From an uncultured Gemmatimonadales bacterium (GTDB lineage: Bacteria > Gemmatimonadota > Gemmatimonadetes > Gemmatimonadales > GWC2-71-9): a stretch of 64,000 nt of DNA. A program made the position numbers and the translations under genes. The stretch covers positions 288,001 through 352,000 of the forward strand of contig CAWHFW010000002.1 of the NCBI GenBank assembly GCA_963828735.1, written 5' to 3'. Under the pieces are notes generated by a model that was not told the origin of the DNA, ran no database searches, and was given only the letters and a program-made list of their open reading frames with translations. Below, piece by piece: positions 60,113 to 64,000 of this stretch; the first letter of the stretch is position 1; every line of letters starts with the position of its first letter.

Positions 60113-61002
60113 GCCACGAGCCGGTCACGGTACAGGCGCACGCCAAGCTGAATCTCTTCCTTCGCGTTCTTGCCAAGGAGGCCGAGGGCTATCACGGCAT
60201 CGAGACGTTGTTCTGCCTGGTGAGCCTCGCCGACGTACTGCGAGCGAGCGCGCGGGATGCCGGTGAGGTGACGATCGATGTCGAAGGCGCGGACGTCGGG
60301 CCTCCGGAGCACAATCTGGCGGTTCGAGCCGCGAACATGGTGCTCGACGCCACGGGACGCCGGCTCGGGGTGCACCTGACACTGGAGAAGCGGATTCCCG
60401 TGCGCGCCGGGCTGGGCGGAGGCTCGAGCGATGCGGCCGCGGCGCTCCTCGCCGTGAACCAGCTCGCGAACGGCGCCGTGCCTCGCCACGAGCTGCTCCA
60501 GTTTGCTGCGCGCCTCGGCAGCGACGTGCCCTTTTTCCTGACCGGCACGCCTCTCGCCCTTGGCTGGAATCGCGGAGAGCGGCTCTTGCAGCTGCCGCCA
60601 TTGCCGGCGGCCCCGGTGCTTCTCGTCACGCCGCCGATCGGGGTGGGAACGGCGGAGGCGTACGGGTGGGTGGATGCGGCACGTGAGTCCGCGGGCCGGC
60701 GCGGCGCCGTTGCGCTCGATCTCGACGCCTTGTCCCGGTGGGGTGACATCGGGCGCATGGCGGGGAATGACTTCGAGTCCCCGGTATTCCACCACCGCCC
60801 CGAAATCCGGGCGGCGTTCGAGGCGCTGGTCGGGACTCGGCCGCTGGTCTGCCGGATGAGCGGCTCAGGCTCAACGCTGTTCGCCGTCTACCGATCCGCG
60901 CGCGACCGTGACGATGCTCGCATGATGCTCGGGCGCCGGCACGGTCGGGTGGATGCCGCCGAGACGCTCGGCGCGGTGCCGGCGCCATCGATGACGGACT
61001 AG
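60109..61002 (+). CDS. ispE: 4-diphosphocytidyl-2-C-methyl-D-erythritol kinase
   Basis: AKLNLFL, KRIP..AGLGGGSSDAA, LGSDVPF, NDFE, MSGSGS. Confidence 0.96.
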   Translation: MSHEPVTVQAHAKLNLFLRVLAKEAEGYHGIETLFCLVSLADVLRASARDAGEVTIDVEGADVGPPEHNLAVRAANMVLDATGRRLGVHLTLEKRIPVRAGLGGGSSDAAAALLAVNQLANGAVPRHELLQFAARLGSDVPFFLTGTPLALGWNRGERLLQLPPLPAAPVLLVTPPIGVGTAEAYGWVDAARESAGRRGAVALDLDALSRWGDIGRMAGNDFESPVFHHRPEIRAAFEALVGTRPLVCRMSGSGSTLFAVYRSARDRDDARMMLGRRHGRVDAAETLGAVPAPSMTD

Positions 61003-62756
61003 AAGATCCTCATGATCGTGGCGATGGACGGGACGTCGCTGCCGTTGAGGATGAACACCATGTAGTGCCCCGGCGGGGCGATGTTGGCCGAGCTCGGAGC
61101 CGCCACGGTGAGTCCGGTGGCATCGCTGGTGAATGTGAGCGCAAGCCGTCGCGAGTTCTGATCGAAAGCATGCGTGACCGATGGGAGCCGGATGAAGCTG
61201 ACCTTCGCAATGTCGCGCGCGTTCGGCGTCAGGATTCGAAAGGTCTTGCCGTACTGGACGGTGGCCGGGGCACTCTCGATCGTCGGCCGGTCGCCCCGAA
61301 ACAGGTAGGGCGGCGAGAAGAACTCGGCGTTCTTCTGGTTCGGCGTACCGCCGGCCTCGCTCCCGCCGGCCACGAGGACGCGCCCGTCCGGCATGAGCAG
61401 CGCCGTCCCGTGATAGTCCCGCATGACGCTATTGCTCGAGAGGGTGGTCCACTGCCCGGTCTGCAGGCTCCACATCTCCGCCGCGTACACTGCCTTCGTC
61501 GGGTCGTTGAACTTGGTGCCTCCGACACCTCCGGTCGCCAACACCTCTCCAGTCGGCAATACGGTCAGATTCAGGTGCCGGCGGGCAAAGGCCATCGAGC
61601 CGGTCCACTTCCAGGCGGGGGTGGCGGCGTTGAGGTCGATGACTTCCGCGGTATTGGTCGTGCGGGAGCCACCGGCATAGACGATCTTGCCGTTCTCGTA
61701 CATGGCCGCCGAGCCGTAGTCGCGCGCGCTGGCGTAGAGATGCTTGGGGCCGCTCTTCCACTTGCCGGTGCCGGCCGTCGTCAGGTAGCGCGTGTAGACC
61801 ACCTGCCCCGCGACGTAAACGGTTCCCGTCGAGGTCAGGAAGGCGCGGGGATAATAGGGCAGTGTCTTGGGCGCGGTCGTGAGCCGTCTCAACGTGCCGT
61901 TGCTCCAGACCTCCGGCTCCGCGACCTGGATGCTGGCCTGGTCCCGGCCGGCCAGAATCAGGACGTCACCGTTCGCCAGCGTGGTCGTGGTTGGGTACCA
62001 GCGTCCCCGATTCATCGGGGTGCTCGAGGATCACGCGTTGGTGACGGGATCGAACAGGGTGGTGTTGGGCAGACCGAAGTCGTAGTCGATGTGACCGCCG
62101 GCAAAAAAGACCCGCCCGTCCGGCAGCAGCGTCTGGCCGGCGCAGAACAACCAGGCCGGGGACGGCACTGACGTGAACTGGCCGGAGAGGGGCGCCCACA
62201 CCTGCGGCGTCCCCAGACGGCCGAGGGCAAGGACCCGCCCGTCCGGTAACAGCGCCATGTGGATGGCCACGATGGGCCAGCTGAACGGCGCGGACCATTT
62301 CCCCGTCTCGGCGCCGGTCGCCGAGGCCAGCGCCGCCCCTCCCACCTCGGCAGCACACGGCACCCCGTCGTTGGCTCGCGCCACGACGATGTGGCCGCCG
62401 AGGTAGAGCTCTACCACCCCCGTCGTTCTCAATTCGATCGCCCGCTCGGTGACAGCGGGGTCCATCCGCGGAGCGGCGTCCAGGTCGGCGGTGCCTTCCT
62501 CCTCACTGCCGGCCACGCGGTAAGTCACAGTGACCGGAACATCTCGTGTATTCGACAACACGAACCGGTTGCCACAGACGTACGCAAGGTTGATTGGGGC
62601 GTCGCTGCCGGTTTCCGGGTCCAGCGGAGCAGCCTCGGATGGTCGAGGACCCGTGCTGGTGCGCTCCGCCGAGCACGCGAGCACGCCGAGAGCCAACGCG
62701 CCGGCGAGCAGCGCAATCGGTCGCGGCACCGGCATCATCGGGAGCCGACGCATCAT
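60999..62756 (-). CDS. Galactose-oxidase-like copper radical oxidase lipoprotein (kelch + DUF1929) with one in-frame TGA at 62031-62033
   Basis: VLAC lipobox; LFCAG, RWYPT, RDYHG, VTHAF; the two track ORFs share a frame and are 15 nt apart. Confidence 0.85.
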
Positions 62757-62974
62757 GAGCACCTCGCTCTTTTCACGGAGACAGCTGAGTGCAGCACTCC
62801 CAACATACGGCTCGCGTGATTGTGTCGATAGCCTGGAGGGGCCGCTCGCGCTGGGGCGCGTGATGGCGAGGTGGTCGACCCTTGCCGTTTCGAAAAATCT
62901 GCGGCCGTCAGACCCGGGGATACCGGGCCGACGGCCGCAGAGGTTGCAGAGTCCCTGAGACCCTGAGGGCGTTT

Positions 62975-64000
62975 CTAGAAGATCCGGATGATCTTCGCCA
63001 CCGACGGCACGCCGGAGCCGTTCAGGATGAACACCATATAGTGTCCCGGGGGCGCCCGATTGCTCGACGTGGGTGCGGTGACCGTGAGTCCCGTCGCGTC
63101 CGCCGTGAACGAGAGTCGCATGAACCGCTGATTTTCATCGAACGCGTGGGTCACCGCGCCAAGACGGATCAGGCTGACCTTCGTGATGGCGGCCGCATTC
63201 GGGGTCCCGAGGCGAAACGTCGTTTTGAGGCCGACCGACGCGGGCGCGCTGCTGATCGTCGGCCTGGCGCCGGCGAAGAGATACGGCGGCGAGAAGATCT
63301 CGGCGTTCTTCTCGCTCGGGGCTCCGGCCCCCTCGCCGCTGCCGGCGTTGAGCACTCGTCCATCCGGCAGGAGCAGCGAGGTGCCGTGATAGCCTCGGGT
63401 CACGGCATTGCTCGACAGAGTCGTCCAATTGCCTGGTCCGGTGCCTGTTCCGGGGCTCCAGATTTCTGCCGCGCGAACGGGCTGCGAGACGTCGTCGAAA
63501 CTGGTGCCGGCGACGCCGCCGGTCGCGAGGACCTCACCCGTCGGGAGGACGGTGAGATTGTGGTGCCTGCGCGCAAACGCCATCGGGGCGGCCCACTGCC
63601 AGACGGGAGCGGCCGCTGTGAGATCGATCATCTCCGCGCTGTTCGTGGTCCGGTTCCCACCTGCGTAGATGATCTTGTTGTCATCGTACATCACAGCGGA
63701 GCCGTACTCCCGGGACGGGCCGAGGCGCTTCGGTCCATTCTTCAGAATTCCTGTGCCCGTCGGCGTCAGAAACTGCGTCGCGATGCCCGGCCCTGCGATG
63801 AACACCGTGCCCTTCGACGTCAGGAACGCACGAGGATAGTACGGCAGCGACTTGAGTGCCGTGGTCAGCTGGCTGAGAGATCCGTTGCTCCAGACCTCCG
63901 GCGTCGTGACTACTGTGGCGCCTTGATCCTTGCCGGCAAGGATGAGCACGTCGCCATTGCCCAGGGTCGTCGTCGTGGGATACCATCGCCCTTTTGCCAT
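62975..64000 (-). CDS. Second galactose-oxidase-like copper radical oxidase paralog (5' part outside window)
   Basis: RWYPT, RGYHG, FSPPYLF, VTHAF, APPGHYMVF. Confidence 0.88.
   Translation of the reverse strand: MAKGRWYPTTTTLGNGDVLILAGKDQGATVVTTPEVWSNGSLSQLTTALKSLPYYPRAFLTSKGTVFIAGPGIATQFLTPTGTGILKNGPKRLGPSREYGSAVMYDDNKIIYAGGNRTTNSAEMIDLTAAAPVWQWAAPMAFARRHHNLTVLPTGEVLATGGVAGTSFDDVSQPVRAAEIWSPGTGTGPGNWTTLSSNAVTRGYHGTSLLLPDGRVLNAGSGEGAGAPSEKNAEIFSPPYLFAGARPTISSAPASVGLKTTFRLGTPNAAAITKVSLIRLGAVTHAFDENQRFMRLSFTADATGLTVTAPTSSNRAPPGHYMVFILNGSGVPSVAKIIRIF

Noticed and set aside
62031..62033. Genome-wide UGA=Trp genetic code
   Set aside because: TGA terminates many genes in this window, with coupled ATGA/GTGA overlaps.

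Overview
GC-rich bacterial chromosomal window. Gene content and order suggest Gemmatimonadota, which is inference only. Most of it is housekeeping: nnr, glyA, rpiB, Leu dehydrogenase, hbd, thiolase, thrS, valS, selA, gmhB, purN/purH, gltX, an aminotransferase, rsmI, trxA, mce, pdxJ, ispE and two tRNA-Ser genes. An accessory-looking block at about 23.3-38 kb holds an arsR-arsM-arsN2-arsC cluster with no efflux pump, an orphan sensor kinase, a decayed tRNA-like copy, DoxX, a glycan-modification operon, a lone receiver protein and a beta-barrel. Also present are a DUF4159-DUF4175-TPR-Tat envelope operon, a JAB-DinG fusion, a pseudo-HPt repeat protein and two tandem copper-radical-oxidase paralogs. 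One paralog is interrupted by an in-frame UGA followed by a SECIS-like hairpin. Several genes, including essential valS, carry frameshifts that are most likely sequencing indels, so single-base observations need read-level confirmation. No CRISPR array, integrase or transposase was seen. All product calls come from motif recognition, not database searches.
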